Positions 1-10,859 are shown, counted from the stretch's first letter. The stretch is DNA of 64,000 nucleotides from Spirochaetia bacterium (GCA_965208575.1 CBDBOV010000004.1:896001-960000); one strand, 5' to 3'. The notes: generated by a model not told the origin, from the letters alone. A program made the numbers and translations.

Positions 1-2
1 TT

Positions 3-149
3 GGCGCGGCGGGCGGCGCGGTAACCGGCGTGCACGCAGGCGGCGCTGCCGTGGGCTTCCGGCAGGAGGATGCCACCCTCGCCTTCTCCGATGCCATCCG
101 CATCTCGCCCCAGGCGCCGCTCGCCATCTCCCTGTCGGCGCTGGTCTGA
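3..149 (+). CDS. 3' end of an unidentified CDS entering from the left
   Basis: Open frame from nt 3 (GAAGGAVTGVHAGG...ISLSALV) with GC-rich third positions, ending at TGA 147-149; product not recognisable. Confidence 0.4.
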   Translation, partial: GAAGGAVTGVHAGGAAVGFRQEDATLAFSDAIRISPQAPLAISLSALV

Positions 150-191
150 TGACGGCGACCCTGCACATCGGCTTCACCATGGGAGGCTGAC

Positions 192-1766
192 GTGACGCGA
201 ACCGGCATGGCCGACTACCTGCGCCGGCGCCGTGCACAGGCCGGGCGTGCCGCCGCGACTCCGGGCGAGCCGCGGCCCGCACCGCAGTCTTCGGCGCCGG
301 CGGACAGCAGACCGCACCGCACCGGCGCCGTTCTCTATACCGTCTGCGCACTGCTGCTGCTGGTCGGTCTGTTCATGGTCAGTGGCCTGGTCTTAGCACT
401 GATCTACGGCGAACAGGAGGCGGTCGTGGGGTTCGCGGTGGCATCCGGGATCGCGCTGGTATGCGCGGCGAGCGGATTCCTCAGCTTCCGCTCCTACCGC
501 GACGCCGCACTGCTGACCCGCGACGGGTTCCTGGTGGTGGTGCTGAGCTGGCTGGTGGTGTGCGCATTCGGTGCGCTGCCGTACGTCATCAGCGGCAGCA
601 TCCCGCGCTACTCCGACGCTTTCTTCGAGACCATGTCGGGGTTCACCACCACGGGAGCCACCCTGCTCACCGACATCGAATCGCTGCCGCGGTCGGTGCT
701 GTTCTGGCGCTCGCTGACGCAGTGGCTCGGCGGAATGGGCATCGTGGTGCTCACCGTCGCCATCCTGCCGCGGCTCGGCATCGGCGGCCTCAAGCTGATG
801 CGCACGGAGGCGCCCGGCCCCACCCTGGAGAAGCTCACGCCGCGGGTCGCCGGCACCGCCAAGATCCTGTGGCTGTTCTACCTCGGACTGACGGTGATGC
901 AGGTGTCGCTGCTGCTCGCGGGCGGGCTGCCGCTGTACGACGCGCTGACCCACACCCTCAGCACCATCGCCACCGGCGGCTTCTCGCCGCGCGCGGCCAG
1001 CGTCGGCGCCTACGATTCGGCGTTCGTGGACATGGTGGTGACCGTGTTCATGCTGCTGGCGGCGGTCAACTTCTCGCTCTACTTCCAGGCGTTCCGCGGC
1101 AACCCCGGCAAGCTGTTCAGCAACCTGGAACTGCGCGCGTTCTTTTGCATCTACGTTGTGGCGGCGGCGCTGGTAACCCTGTCGGTGACCGGGACGACCT
1201 ACGACTCGTTGGGCACGGGATTGCGCTTTGCCGCGTTTCAAGCCGCCTCGCTCCTCACCGGCACCGGGTTCACCACCGCGAACTACGATGGCTGGCCCAA
1301 CATGGCGCGCGCCGTGCTCCTGGTTGTCATGTTCGTGGGCGGCTGCTCCGGCTCCACCGCCGGCGGGATCAAGGTGATCCGGGTGGCCACGCTGTTCAAG
1401 CAGGCGCTGAACGAGTTCCGGCGCCTGATCCACCCGCAGGGCATCTTCACGCTCAGGATCGGCGACCGCCGGGTCAAGAAGGACATCCTCTACCCGGTGG
1501 CGATGTTCTTCTTCCTCTACATCGGCATGGTGCTGGCGACCACCCTGGTGGTGGCCGGCTTCAGCCCCGACCTGACCACCGCCTTCACCACCGGCCTGGC
1601 CACCGTCGGCAACGTCGGCCCCGGCTTCGGCGCCATCGGCCCCGCACAGAACTACGCCTTCTACCCGGACGGCATCAAGTGGTGGCTCAGCTTCGCCATG
1701 CTCACCGGCCGCCTGGAGATCTACAGCGTACTGCTCCTCCTCACCCCCGCCTTCTGGCGCCGCTGA
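192..1766 (+). CDS. trkH: TrkH-family potassium uptake membrane protein (start may be ATG 207)
   Basis: Pore-loop motifs FFETMSGFTTTG, TIATGGFS, GGCSGSTAGGIK, GNVGPG and C-terminal GRLEIY. Confidence 0.95.
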   Translation: MTRTGMADYLRRRRAQAGRAAATPGEPRPAPQSSAPADSRPHRTGAVLYTVCALLLLVGLFMVSGLVLALIYGEQEAVVGFAVASGIALVCAASGFLSFRSYRDAALLTRDGFLVVVLSWLVVCAFGALPYVISGSIPRYSDAFFETMSGFTTTGATLLTDIESLPRSVLFWRSLTQWLGGMGIVVLTVAILPRLGIGGLKLMRTEAPGPTLEKLTPRVAGTAKILWLFYLGLTVMQVSLLLAGGLPLYDALTHTLSTIATGGFSPRAASVGAYDSAFVDMVVTVFMLLAAVNFSLYFQAFRGNPGKLFSNLELRAFFCIYVVAAALVTLSVTGTTYDSLGTGLRFAAFQAASLLTGTGFTTANYDGWPNMARAVLLVVMFVGGCSGSTAGGIKVIRVATLFKQALNEFRRLIHPQGIFTLRIGDRRVKKDILYPVAMFFFLYIGMVLATTLVVAGFSPDLTTAFTTGLATVGNVGPGFGAIGPAQNYAFYPDGIKWWLSFAMLTGRLEIYSVLLLLTPAFWRR

Positions 1767-1782
1767 AGCAATGCACCTGCCT

Positions 1783-1866
1783 GGTCCGAAAATGGCGGCC
1801 ACCGTGCACTGCCCCATGCGCCGTTTTCATGGTCTTCCATATCACGGAGTTACCGTACAGGCTCGC
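1783..1866. repeat. Copy 1 of an ~84-bp dispersed intergenic element (copy 2 at 47369-47452)
   Basis: Gap-free alignment at constant offset 45586; 39/46 identity over 1821-1866 plus shared GGTCCGAAA at 1783. Confidence 0.75.
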
Positions 1867-1895
1867 GTACTGGCGACAGCGCTGTTGAATGCGGC

Positions 1896-3126
<1,231 letters not shown>

Positions 3127-3130
<4 letters not shown>

Positions 3131-4719
3131 GGGAGCGAGTCCTTCGCCCTGGCTTGGCGCGCGAGGGCTTCACCAGCCGCAGTGCGACGATAGCGCTGGT
3201 GCTGACTCCTGGGTTTCTCGGGTAGCGTCATTTCTATCAGACCCGCCTCGACGGCTGGACGAAGGTACGCGGTCGTGAAGTGGTTCCGGTCTCTAAGTCC
3301 AAGCGTCTCCTGCAATTGACCGCGACTCATCTGTCCGGAGAGCGTCGCCACGAGTTGCACAACATGACCGCTGACTTGCGGGGTCACTTGCGGGGTTACT
3401 TGCGGGGTCTCGGGTTGGACGACTTGCCCAAGATCTTGTACGGCACCCTGTACGGTCGGTGCGCCATCCGCGGTATGTACCGGTAGACGGACCAGAAACC
3501 AGGTGCGGTCGTCGTCGCTTTCGAAGACGGGTGCCGGTGATCCATTCTTGCGCATGGCGCGCAGGATCTTGGGAATGCCTGTGGACCGTCCCTCGGCCAA
3601 GTCTAGCTCCTTCAAAAACTCGCCGATGCGTCGGTTCCGGTACCGGCGGCTGATCGCGCGCCCGGTCTGCAGATCTTCCATGCGGATGGACCGGTCGGCG
3701 CCGGGAAAGCTCAAGATCGTCAGTTCCTGCGGAGTGATGCGTACCTCTACCGGCTCACGCTCTTCGTACGAGCGATGGTAGATTGCGTTCACCAGGGCCT
3801 CCTCGATAGCCGCGAGGGGGAAGTTCCAGAATCGCTCGGCTTCCGGCTGATGTGGATGCTTGATGACGGTTTCCTTCAGGTAGTTCCGGTCTATAAACTC
3901 AATAGCCTCGCGCAGGATGACCGCCAAGGGACCACGAAACTCCTTCTCCTCGAAGCGATCGCCGCCGGGACCCTCCGGAAACCACACGACATCGATCTGG
4001 GTTGTCGGAAAGAAGCGGTGCGGTGCCTCGTTGAAGAACAGGAGCCCAACATTCTTGGGAAAGTACGCCTCAGCAGGTCCGCCAACGATATTCATGCGGC
4101 GGCCCAGGACCTCCACCGAAAGCCCTGTTTCCAACGCGAGGTCGCTGCCCACGGCACGAAGAAACTGCTCAATCAGCCTCAACGAGAGATCATCCAGCGA
4201 TCCTGTCTGGTGGTAGCGGTCATCGAACGGCACGGTGGCGGCCAACGACAGCAGTTCGCGTTCATCGGCTCCCTTGGCGCGGACAGTGCTGCTGTGCCGG
4301 CGAATGTAATACGCCCACTCTGTCCTGCCACGTGCCAGACTCACTCTCGCCTTGTAGGGGCGCGTCTCGCCGCCGGGCGCCCACAGCACGAGAATCATCC
4401 GGCCACCGATCTCGTAAATTCCCACAATTGGATGGTAGCGCGGTTGCAAGGAGGATTCGCCCAGCCGCAACAGTTCATTCTGCACCGCGTCGATCCGTCC
4501 GGGATCTATGCCTCTCGGCGGCAACACCGGCAGCCCTTCGCGCTCCTCGACACCCAACACTACGTAACCGCCGCCCAGATTGTGAAAGTCATTGGCGAAG
4601 GCGCAAGCCGTGTGCAGCACACTCTGTGGATTCCAGCCGGCCTTGTACTCCACGCGCTCACCCTCGATAGTGCGCTGCCACAATAGGTCGCCAAGGTTAA
4701 TCGGGAGCGTCTTGGTCAT
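3127..4719 (-). CDS. Schlafen/AlbA_2 DNA-binding domain + HATPase_c_4 (RecG-C-like) + C-terminal wHTH protein
   Basis: EGERVEYK...CAFAN...GGYVVLGV (AlbA_2); EEALVNAIYHRSY, YRNRRI, EGRSTGI; C-terminal YLRPAVEAGLIEMTLPEKPRSQHQRY; ATGA overlaps with both neighbours. Confidence 0.85.
3374..3408. repeat. 12-bp tandem repeat x3 encoding TPQV in the linker before the wHTH
   Basis: ACTTGCGGGGT at 3374, 3386 and 3398. Confidence 0.85.
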
Positions 4720-5203
4720 GCCTCCGCACCAGCCATCGCTTGCTTCTTTCGCTTCTGGGAAGACTTGCGCTTCGTCACCCGCTCACGTTCTTTCCTGATC
4801 CTGGCGAGAAGGACGGAAGCCGGTTCATCTTCCGGGTGCGGTCGGACGAGCTGTCCCGAGAACGCTCGGCTCAGAATAGATTGCCGAAGTGCTATCGCCT
4901 TTGTGGCTTGGCAGTCGACAAGCGTGGAAGCATGGTTGAGTGCGACGAATCTACGTCGAATCGCCTCGGCTATGGCAACCTGTTCGCCCCAAGGTGGTAG
5001 CGGTATAAGTGTGGCCTTGATGTCCTGCTGATTCACCTTGAAGAAACCGGCAGTTGTCCTCGCTTTTTCCTCAATCTGCCTCCGAACTACCTGCGAGTTC
5101 CACACAAAGCAACCAGACTCTCGATGCCTAACTCAAGCTCTGACAACAACTCGTCAATCTTTTCAACAATGCGATGTTGTTCGCCCGTCGAGGGCAACCA
5201 TAC
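4716..5203 (-). pseudogene. hsdS: Type I R-M specificity subunit remnant; most of both target-recognition domains deleted
   Basis: Central conserved helix LPSTGEQHRIVEKIDELLSELE (5113-5203) and C-terminal IPLPPWGEQ...LRQSILSRAFSGQLV...EPASVLLARI; no start codon of its own. Confidence 0.85.
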
Positions 5204-7861
5204 CAGGTCGTCGCGGGCGAGGTGGAAGGAGGTGGCGACGTGGTCGCGGATCATGCGCAGCCATGCCATCTGCTGGTCGTTGAACTTGTCGCCGCTGCCG
5301 CTGTGGCGGGACATGATCCAAGTCTGGAAGTTGCGGCGCACGGTCTCAGCATAGGGTGCGAGCGTCTGGTCGATGCCGCAGACGCGGCGGATCAGGGCGA
5401 CGAGGGCGGCGAGTTCCTTGTCCGGCTGCTGGCCGCGGTAGTCGTCGAGCAACGCGTAGGCCCGCCAGACGCGCAGGGGTGCGAGGAGCGGCTTGTCGGC
5501 GTTCAGCTTGTCGAGCACGTCGCGGATCATACCGTAGGTCAGGTCGCGACGTCGGTGCGGCTGGCGGTAGAAGATGGTGAGCGCTTCGACCTGGTCGCGG
5601 TTGGCTTCCAGGTATTCGCGGAAGTCGTGCGCCAGGGTCTGGGCGTTCTCCTGGGCGTCGCCCTCCCACTCAGCGCGCAGCACGGTGTCCAGGCTGTCGT
5701 GGTCGATGGTCTGTTCCTTGTCGCGGCGGATCGAGTCGATCAGGTCGATCAACTCGCCGGTGAACACGCCGGCGGCGTCGGCGGCGAGCAGGTCGCGCGC
5801 CTTGTCCACGGCAGCCGGGGCTGGGTCGTCGTCTCCGGCCGGGGGATCGATCTCGCGCGCCTTGGCGTCGATGCGGTCGGGATCGATGGCCGCCAGCAGG
5901 TTGCCGACGATGGCGGTCAGCTCGACGCCGCCGGCCTGTTCCTCGATACGGCGCCGCTCGGCGTCGTCGAGTTGCCGGTTGAGGCGGGCGAGGCGGCCGG
6001 CCAGGGAACTCAGCGTCTCCTCGTCGCGGGCGCCCATCATCACGCCCATGGCGAGGTCCTTCAGCGGTACGCCGGGCTTGCTGATGAGCGGGCCGCTGTT
6101 GGTCTTGACGGACTGGGTCACGCCGACCGCGTCCACGATTACGTAGTGGGTCTTGGCGGTGGCCGCGGAGGGCGTCACCTTCCGCAGGTCGTCGTGATCG
6201 AGGGTACGCGTGCCGCGGCCCTTCATCTGCTCGAAGTAGTTGCGGCTGCGCACGTCGCGCATGAACAGGAGGCACTCGAGCGGCTTCACGTCGGTGCCGG
6301 TGGCGATCATGTCCACGGTAACGGCGATGCGCGGATGGTAGTCGTTGCGGAACTGGGTGAGCAGCGACTTCGGGTCGCCATCTACCTTGTAGGTGATCTT
6401 GCGGCAGAACTCGTTGCCGGCGGCGAACTCCTCGCGCACGGTCTGGATGATGTCGTCGGCGTGGCTGTCGGTCTTGGCGAAGATCAACGTCTTGGGAACC
6501 TCCCTGCGGCCCGGGAAGATCTCCGGCAGCTCGTCGCGGAAGGTACGGACCACGGTGCGGATCTGGTCCGGATTCACCACCGAGCGGTCCAGATCCTTGG
6601 CGCCGTATGCCTGGTCTTCGTCCTGGATCTGCCACCGCTTCCGGCGCGTCAGCCGCTCGCGTTTTTCGACGGACCGGCCCGCCTTGATCTTGCCACCGTG
6701 CTGCGACCTCTCGGTCTCGACCACGTACACCTCGTTGCCGACGTTGACCCCGTCGGCGACGGCCTGCTCATGGGAATACTCGCTGACCACGTTCTTTCGG
6801 AAGAACCCGAAGGTACGGTTGTCCGGGGTGGCGGTCAGGCCGATCAGGTAGGCGTCGAAGTACTCCAGCACCTGGCGCCACAGGTCGTAGATCGAGCGAT
6901 GGCACTCGTCGATGATGATGAAGTCGAAAAACTCGGGCGGCAGCGTGGGATTGTAGACCACCGGCGGTGGTCTTCGCGGCTGTATCAGCTCCGCCGGGTT
7001 GGTTTCCTCGGCCGCGGCGTCGATCTCCTCGCCCTTGAGGATGGAGTACATGCGCTGGATCGTGCTGATGCAGACCTGGCTGTCGGCGGCCACGAACGAC
7101 GAGGTGAGCCGCTGCACGTTGTACAGTTCGACGAACTTGCGGTTGTCGTCGCTCGGCACGTAGGCCATGAACTCCTGTTGCGCCTGCTCGCCGAGGTTGC
7201 GGGTGTCGACCAGGAACAGAATGCGCTTGGCGTCGGCGTGCTTGACCAGGCGGTAGACCGCGGCGATGGCGGTGTAGGTCTTGCCGGAGCCGGTGGCCAT
7301 CTGGATGAGGGCGCGCGGGCGGTCCCGCCTGAATGACGCCTCCAGGTTCTCGATGGCGCCGATCTGGCATGCGCGCAGCCCGGACGGGTCGAGGGGTGGC
7401 AGCCGGTGCAGCCGCTTGCGAAGCGGATCAGGCTGCGCGGTCCATTCCCGCATCGTCTCCGGCCTCAGGAAGCTGAATACCTCGCGGGAGCGCGGCACCG
7501 GATCGGCGCGATTCGTGAAGCGCGTCACCACCCCGGTACTCTCGTACACGAAGGGCAGCGGCTCGGAGTTGTTGACCCACTTGAGTGTCGCCGCGGCATA
7601 GGCGCCGGACTGGTTCTCTACGTCGGTGATCCTGTGCCCCCACTCTTCCCGCTTCGCTTCGATCACGCCGACCGCCCGCTCGTCGATGAACAGCACGTAG
7701 TCCGCCGGCCCCACGTCGGTCGGATACTCGCGCACCGCGATCCCGACTCCGGCGCCGAAGTCGATTTTCCCCATCGACTGCACGCACCAACCCGCCTGTT
7801 CCAGCTTGGTGTCGATGGCGGCTCGCGCCTGTTGTTCGGGAGTACGGATGAAGTCAGTCAT
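5087..7861 (-). CDS. hsdR: Type I restriction subunit R (EcoEI/EcoAI-like); C-terminus truncated and fused to hsdS sequence
   Basis: Nuclease PADYVLF...VIEAK; helicase motifs QMATGSGKT, DECHR, GLTATP, TVDMIATGTD, QMKGRGTR. Confidence 0.92.
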   Translation of the reverse strand: MTDFIRTPEQQARAAIDTKLEQAGWCVQSMGKIDFGAGVGIAVREYPTDVGPADYVLFIDERAVGVIEAKREEWGHRITDVENQSGAYAAATLKWVNNSEPLPFVYESTGVVTRFTNRADPVPRSREVFSFLRPETMREWTAQPDPLRKRLHRLPPLDPSGLRACQIGAIENLEASFRRDRPRALIQMATGSGKTYTAIAAVYRLVKHADAKRILFLVDTRNLGEQAQQEFMAYVPSDDNRKFVELYNVQRLTSSFVAADSQVCISTIQRMYSILKGEEIDAAAEETNPAELIQPRRPPPVVYNPTLPPEFFDFIIIDECHRSIYDLWRQVLEYFDAYLIGLTATPDNRTFGFFRKNVVSEYSHEQAVADGVNVGNEVYVVETERSQHGGKIKAGRSVEKRERLTRRKRWQIQDEDQAYGAKDLDRSVVNPDQIRTVVRTFRDELPEIFPGRREVPKTLIFAKTDSHADDIIQTVREEFAAGNEFCRKITYKVDGDPKSLLTQFRNDYHPRIAVTVDMIATGTDVKPLECLLFMRDVRSRNYFEQMKGRGTRTLDHDDLRKVTPSAATAKTHYVIVDAVGVTQSVKTNSGPLISKPGVPLKDLAMGVMMGARDEETLSSLAGRLARLNRQLDDAERRRIEEQAGGVELTAIVGNLLAAIDPDRIDAKAREIDPPAGDDDPAPAAVDKARDLLAADAAGVFTGELIDLIDSIRRDKEQTIDHDSLDTVLRAEWEGDAQENAQTLAHDFREYLEANRDQVEALTIFYRQPHRRRDLTYGMIRDVLDKLNADKPLLAPLRVWRAYALLDDYRGQQPDKELAALVALIRRVCGIDQTLAPYAETVRRNFQTWIMSRHSGSGDKFNDQQMAWLRMIRDHVATSFHLARDDLVWLPSTGEQHRIVEKIDELLSELELGIESLVALCGTRR

Positions 7862-7925
7862 CGTTGCAACGTCGTACTTGTGGAGGGACCATGACGCCGT
7901 ACGGACATCCTATCACAACGACGCG

Positions 7926-7962
7926 TTGACTATCCCGCGAATGCATATACAATGATATATGC
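7926..7962 (+). promoter_or_regulatory. Sigma70-type promoter with overlapping palindromic operator of the TA operon
   Basis: TTGACT (7926-31) N16 TACAAT (7948-53); perfect inverted repeat GCATATA-N6-TATATGC (7943-7962) ending just before the GTG start. Confidence 0.75.
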
Positions 7963-8262
7963 GTGTATGAGCTCCGATTCGCAACGGATGTCGAGGACGA
8001 CCTGAAGAGAGTCCGCGTCCACGACCGAAGGCGGATCCTGGACTCGATTGAAATCCAGTTGTCCTATCAACCGACCTTGTCGACGAAGAACCGCAAGATC
8101 CTTGTCGACTTGGCGCCCCCATGGGAGGCGAATCCACCCATCTGGGAATTGCGCGTGGGAGATCATCGAGTGTTCTATGACGTCGACGAAGAGCTGAAGG
8201 TAGTCTACGTGCGCGCCGTACGCGAGAAGCCGCCCGACAAGCGGACGGAGGATATATTGTGA
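7963..8262 (+). CDS. RelE/ParE-family toxin
   Basis: 99 aa, MYELRF...WELRVGDHRVFYDVD...VYVRAV, typical RelE pattern. Confidence 0.85.
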   Translation: MYELRFATDVEDDLKRVRVHDRRRILDSIEIQLSYQPTLSTKNRKILVDLAPPWEANPPIWELRVGDHRVFYDVDEELKVVYVRAVREKPPDKRTEDIL

Positions 8263-8501
8263 AGACGATCAGTGTCCGCGACCTGCAAAGGCGCATCAGG
8301 TCCGTAATGGATACGGCTCAGCGGGACCAAGTGGTGATTACGCGTAATGGGCAGCCCATTGCCTTAGTGGTCGGGATAGAAGGAGCGGACTGGGAGACAG
8401 TGGCGGTCGAGACCAGCCGACCCTTCTGGAAGGAGATCGCCCGACGGCGAGACCAGGAGACGTTATCCTTCGCCGAGATCCGCAGACGGATGGAGGCGTA
8501 A
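8259..8501 (+). CDS. Phd/YefM-family antitoxin
   Basis: MKTISVRDL...VVITRNGQPIALVV signature; GTGA overlap with the toxin gene. Confidence 0.85.
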   Translation: MKTISVRDLQRRIRSVMDTAQRDQVVITRNGQPIALVVGIEGADWETVAVETSRPFWKEIARRRDQETLSFAEIRRRMEA

Positions 8502-8560
8502 CCCACCCACCGCGGACGAGCCGCGGGTGTCCCAGGCGGTCTCAGGATGCGGACGAGCGG

Positions 8561-8664
8561 CAGTCGGACGCTCCTATATAGAGCAATTGGACGCTGTGAT
8601 AAGCGTCAATTGGAAGCTTGTGTAACAGGCAATCAGACGCTACGATAACCGGCAAATGGCCGAT
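8561..8664 (+). repeat. Five degenerate direct repeats at exact 23-bp periodicity (consensus CAATYRGACGCT-N3-RTAA)
   Basis: CAGTCGGACGCT 8561, CAATTGGACGCT 8584, CAATTGGAAGCT 8607, CAATCAGACGCT 8630, CAAATGGCCGAT 8653. Confidence 0.85.
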
Positions 8665-9900
8665 GAATCGTCCTACTACCCGCGTGCACTGACACCGGTC
8701 ATCCGTGAGGCGCTCGCGGACACGCCGGTGGTGTGTCTGGTGGGGCCGCGGCAGAGTGGCAAGACGACGCTGGTGCAGCGAATCGCACCGGAGCGTCCTT
8801 ATGTGAGCCTGGACGAGCACAACTTTCACCAAGCGGCAAGCCTCGACCCGGCCGGATTCGTGGACAACCTGCCCGATGCGGTGGCAATCGACGAGGTTCA
8901 GCGAGCGCCCGCGCTACTCTCCGCCATCAAGGTCGCCGTGGACCGGAATCGCCGGCCCGGGCGCTTTCTGCTCACCGGATCGGCGAATCTGCTGTTCCTG
9001 CCCACGGTCAGCGAGTCGCTTGCCGGGCGCATGGAGACGGTGCGTCTTCACCCACTGACGGAGGCGGAGAAGGAACGCCGGCCCGGTGGCTTCCTGCGCG
9101 CGTTGATGGACGGCGACCTCAAGCCCCACATATCGGGTGCAACCGGAGCGGAAGGGCCGGCGCTCGCGGAGCGGTTGGTAGCGGGCGGCTACCCGGAGCC
9201 CGCAGGCCGTGCGCCGCGCCGTGCTCGCCAGTGGCACCGGCAGTACGTGCGCAGCATCATCGATCGCGACGTCCGCGACGTGGCACGGGTGCGCGATGCG
9301 AGCGAGCTCACCCGGCTCCTGGAACTGCTCGCCTTGCGCAGCGCGGAATTGCTCAACGTCAGCTCCCTCGGCGACGCGCTCGGCCTGAGGCGGGAGACGG
9401 TGGATCGCTACATCACCGTGCTGGAGCGGCTGTTCCTGGTTCGGCGCCTGAGGGCATGGCACCGCAACCCTTCGCGGAGACTGGTCCGGTCGCCGAAGGT
9501 GCACCTCGTCGACAGCGGATTGGCCGCGACCCTTGCCGGCCTGACGGCTGACGACTGGCTCCCACATCGCGACCGCATGGGACACCTGCTGGAGTCGTTC
9601 GTCGCGCAGCAACTCATCGCCCAGGCCGAGTGGACCGATCCCGACCTGCGTTTCTGGCACTACCGGGACAAGGACCAAGTCGAGGTGGACCTGGTGATTA
9701 CGCGCGGTGCGCTCACGTGGGGCGTCGAGGTAAAGGCGTCCGCCACCGTCACGGCCAAGGATGGCCGCGGGCTGGTCCGTCTGGCTGCGCAATGCGAAGA
9801 CGACTTCCAGTGCGGCATCGTTCTGTACGCCGGCCGGGACGTGCTGCCGCTGCGCGGCGGGCGCATCCTCGCCGTTCCGATCAGCCGTCTGTGGATGTGA
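8656..9900 (+). CDS. AAA_14 ATPase + wHTH + DUF4143 (PD-(D/E)xK-like) protein
   Basis: GPRQSGKTT, IDEVQR, LLTGSA, ESLAGR, GGYPE, KVHLVDSG, EVDLVI...GVEVK. Confidence 0.92.
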   Translation: MADESSYYPRALTPVIREALADTPVVCLVGPRQSGKTTLVQRIAPERPYVSLDEHNFHQAASLDPAGFVDNLPDAVAIDEVQRAPALLSAIKVAVDRNRRPGRFLLTGSANLLFLPTVSESLAGRMETVRLHPLTEAEKERRPGGFLRALMDGDLKPHISGATGAEGPALAERLVAGGYPEPAGRAPRRARQWHRQYVRSIIDRDVRDVARVRDASELTRLLELLALRSAELLNVSSLGDALGLRRETVDRYITVLERLFLVRRLRAWHRNPSRRLVRSPKVHLVDSGLAATLAGLTADDWLPHRDRMGHLLESFVAQQLIAQAEWTDPDLRFWHYRDKDQVEVDLVITRGALTWGVEVKASATVTAKDGRGLVRLAAQCEDDFQCGIVLYAGRDVLPLRGGRILAVPISRLWM

Positions 9901-9918
9901 CAGGTTGCGAGCAGGCGC

Positions 9919-10320
9919 TCATCGCCACACGGCGAACAGGATGCCGGCGATGGTCAGCACCACGAGTTGGTAGGAGCTGAACAGCAGCCACAAGCCGACC
10001 GGGCGATCCTCGTACAGGATGGTGTTGGCCGAGGTCAGCGCGCCGATGGCGATCCACACCACGGCGCCCGTCGCTGCCCCGCCCCACCAGGTGGCGACCC
10101 CGGCGCTGCCGATAACCACCGCCAGCACGTAGGTGGTGACCAGCCCCATCACGAAGCCGAGCAGGTACACGACCGGCGATGCCTCGATCTCCTCCTCACG
10201 CTTCCCGATCAGGCGCAGGAACGTCGCCGAGAACAGCGGTCCGTACCAGAGGAAGCCGATCATCATGTTGACCACGGCGGCCACCAGCACCGCCAACCAG
10301 TTGACCGCCAGGAACTGCAA
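9919..10320 (-). CDS. DUF1761-family membrane protein
   Basis: NWLAVLVAAVV..MIGFLWYGPLF N-terminus, four TM segments; TTG start after GGAGGG. Confidence 0.8.
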   Translation of the reverse strand: MQFLAVNWLAVLVAAVVNMMIGFLWYGPLFSATFLRLIGKREEEIEASPVVYLLGFVMGLVTTYVLAVVIGSAGVATWWGGAATGAVVWIAIGALTSANTILYEDRPVGLWLLFSSYQLVVLTIAGILFAVWR

Positions 10321-10466
10321 GCGCCTACCCTCCAGCCGCGTGCTCGATCGCCGCGGCGCGCCGAACCTAACAGACCCCGGCGCCGTCCGCAACGACCCGA
10401 CCGACCGAGCGCGACCGAGCTCACGGGGCTCATCGACGGCCCCGTCGCCGGCGCGTGGGTCAGGAG

Positions 10467-10859
10467 CTAGTCCGACGCGGTTCCCGGCTTGGGAGAGAAC
10501 TGGTCGATCAGGATGGCGTTGCCGTCGGGATCGCTGAGGGCGACATGAGCCGGGCCGGTGCCGTCCGGGTCGGTATCGGTCGTCAGGTCGACACCGCCTG
10601 CGAGCAGCGACTCACGGATCTCCCGGACGTCGGTGAACTCCTCGAGCGCAGACCCGTCCTGCCGCAACCCAGGGTTGAAGGTGAGGATGTTGCCCTCGAA
10701 CATGCCCTGAAACAGGCCGACCGTTGCGCCGCCGTTGACCATGATCAGGTAGCCCTTGCCATCACCACCGGTCCGGGAGAAACCGAGCTTCTCGTAGAAT
10801 GCCCGCGCCGCCGGCAGGTCCTTGACCGCCAGGCTCACCGAAAATGCACCGAGTTCCAT
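10467..10859 (-). CDS. VOC/glyoxalase-family protein
   Basis: [15 protein letters not shown]...FYEKLGF...[11 protein letters not shown]. Confidence 0.88.
   Translation of the reverse strand: MELGAFSVSLAVKDLPAARAFYEKLGFSRTGGDGKGYLIMVNGGATVGLFQGMFEGNILTFNPGLRQDGSALEEFTDVREIRESLLAGGVDLTTDTDPDGTGPAHVALSDPDGNAILIDQFSPKPGTASD

Noticed and set aside
5087-7861. HsdR-HsdS fusion as a novel functional enzyme
   Set aside because: The fused part has no target-recognition domain and hsdM is broken, so decay is the simpler explanation
8510-8526. CCGCGG-acgag-CCGCGG hairpin after the TA operon as a terminator
   Set aside because: Only a 6-bp stem with no U-tract, so chance is likely at this GC
8561-8664. 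23-bp array as a mini-CRISPR
   Set aside because: 12-nt degenerate repeats and 11-nt spacers are far too short, and no cas genes are present
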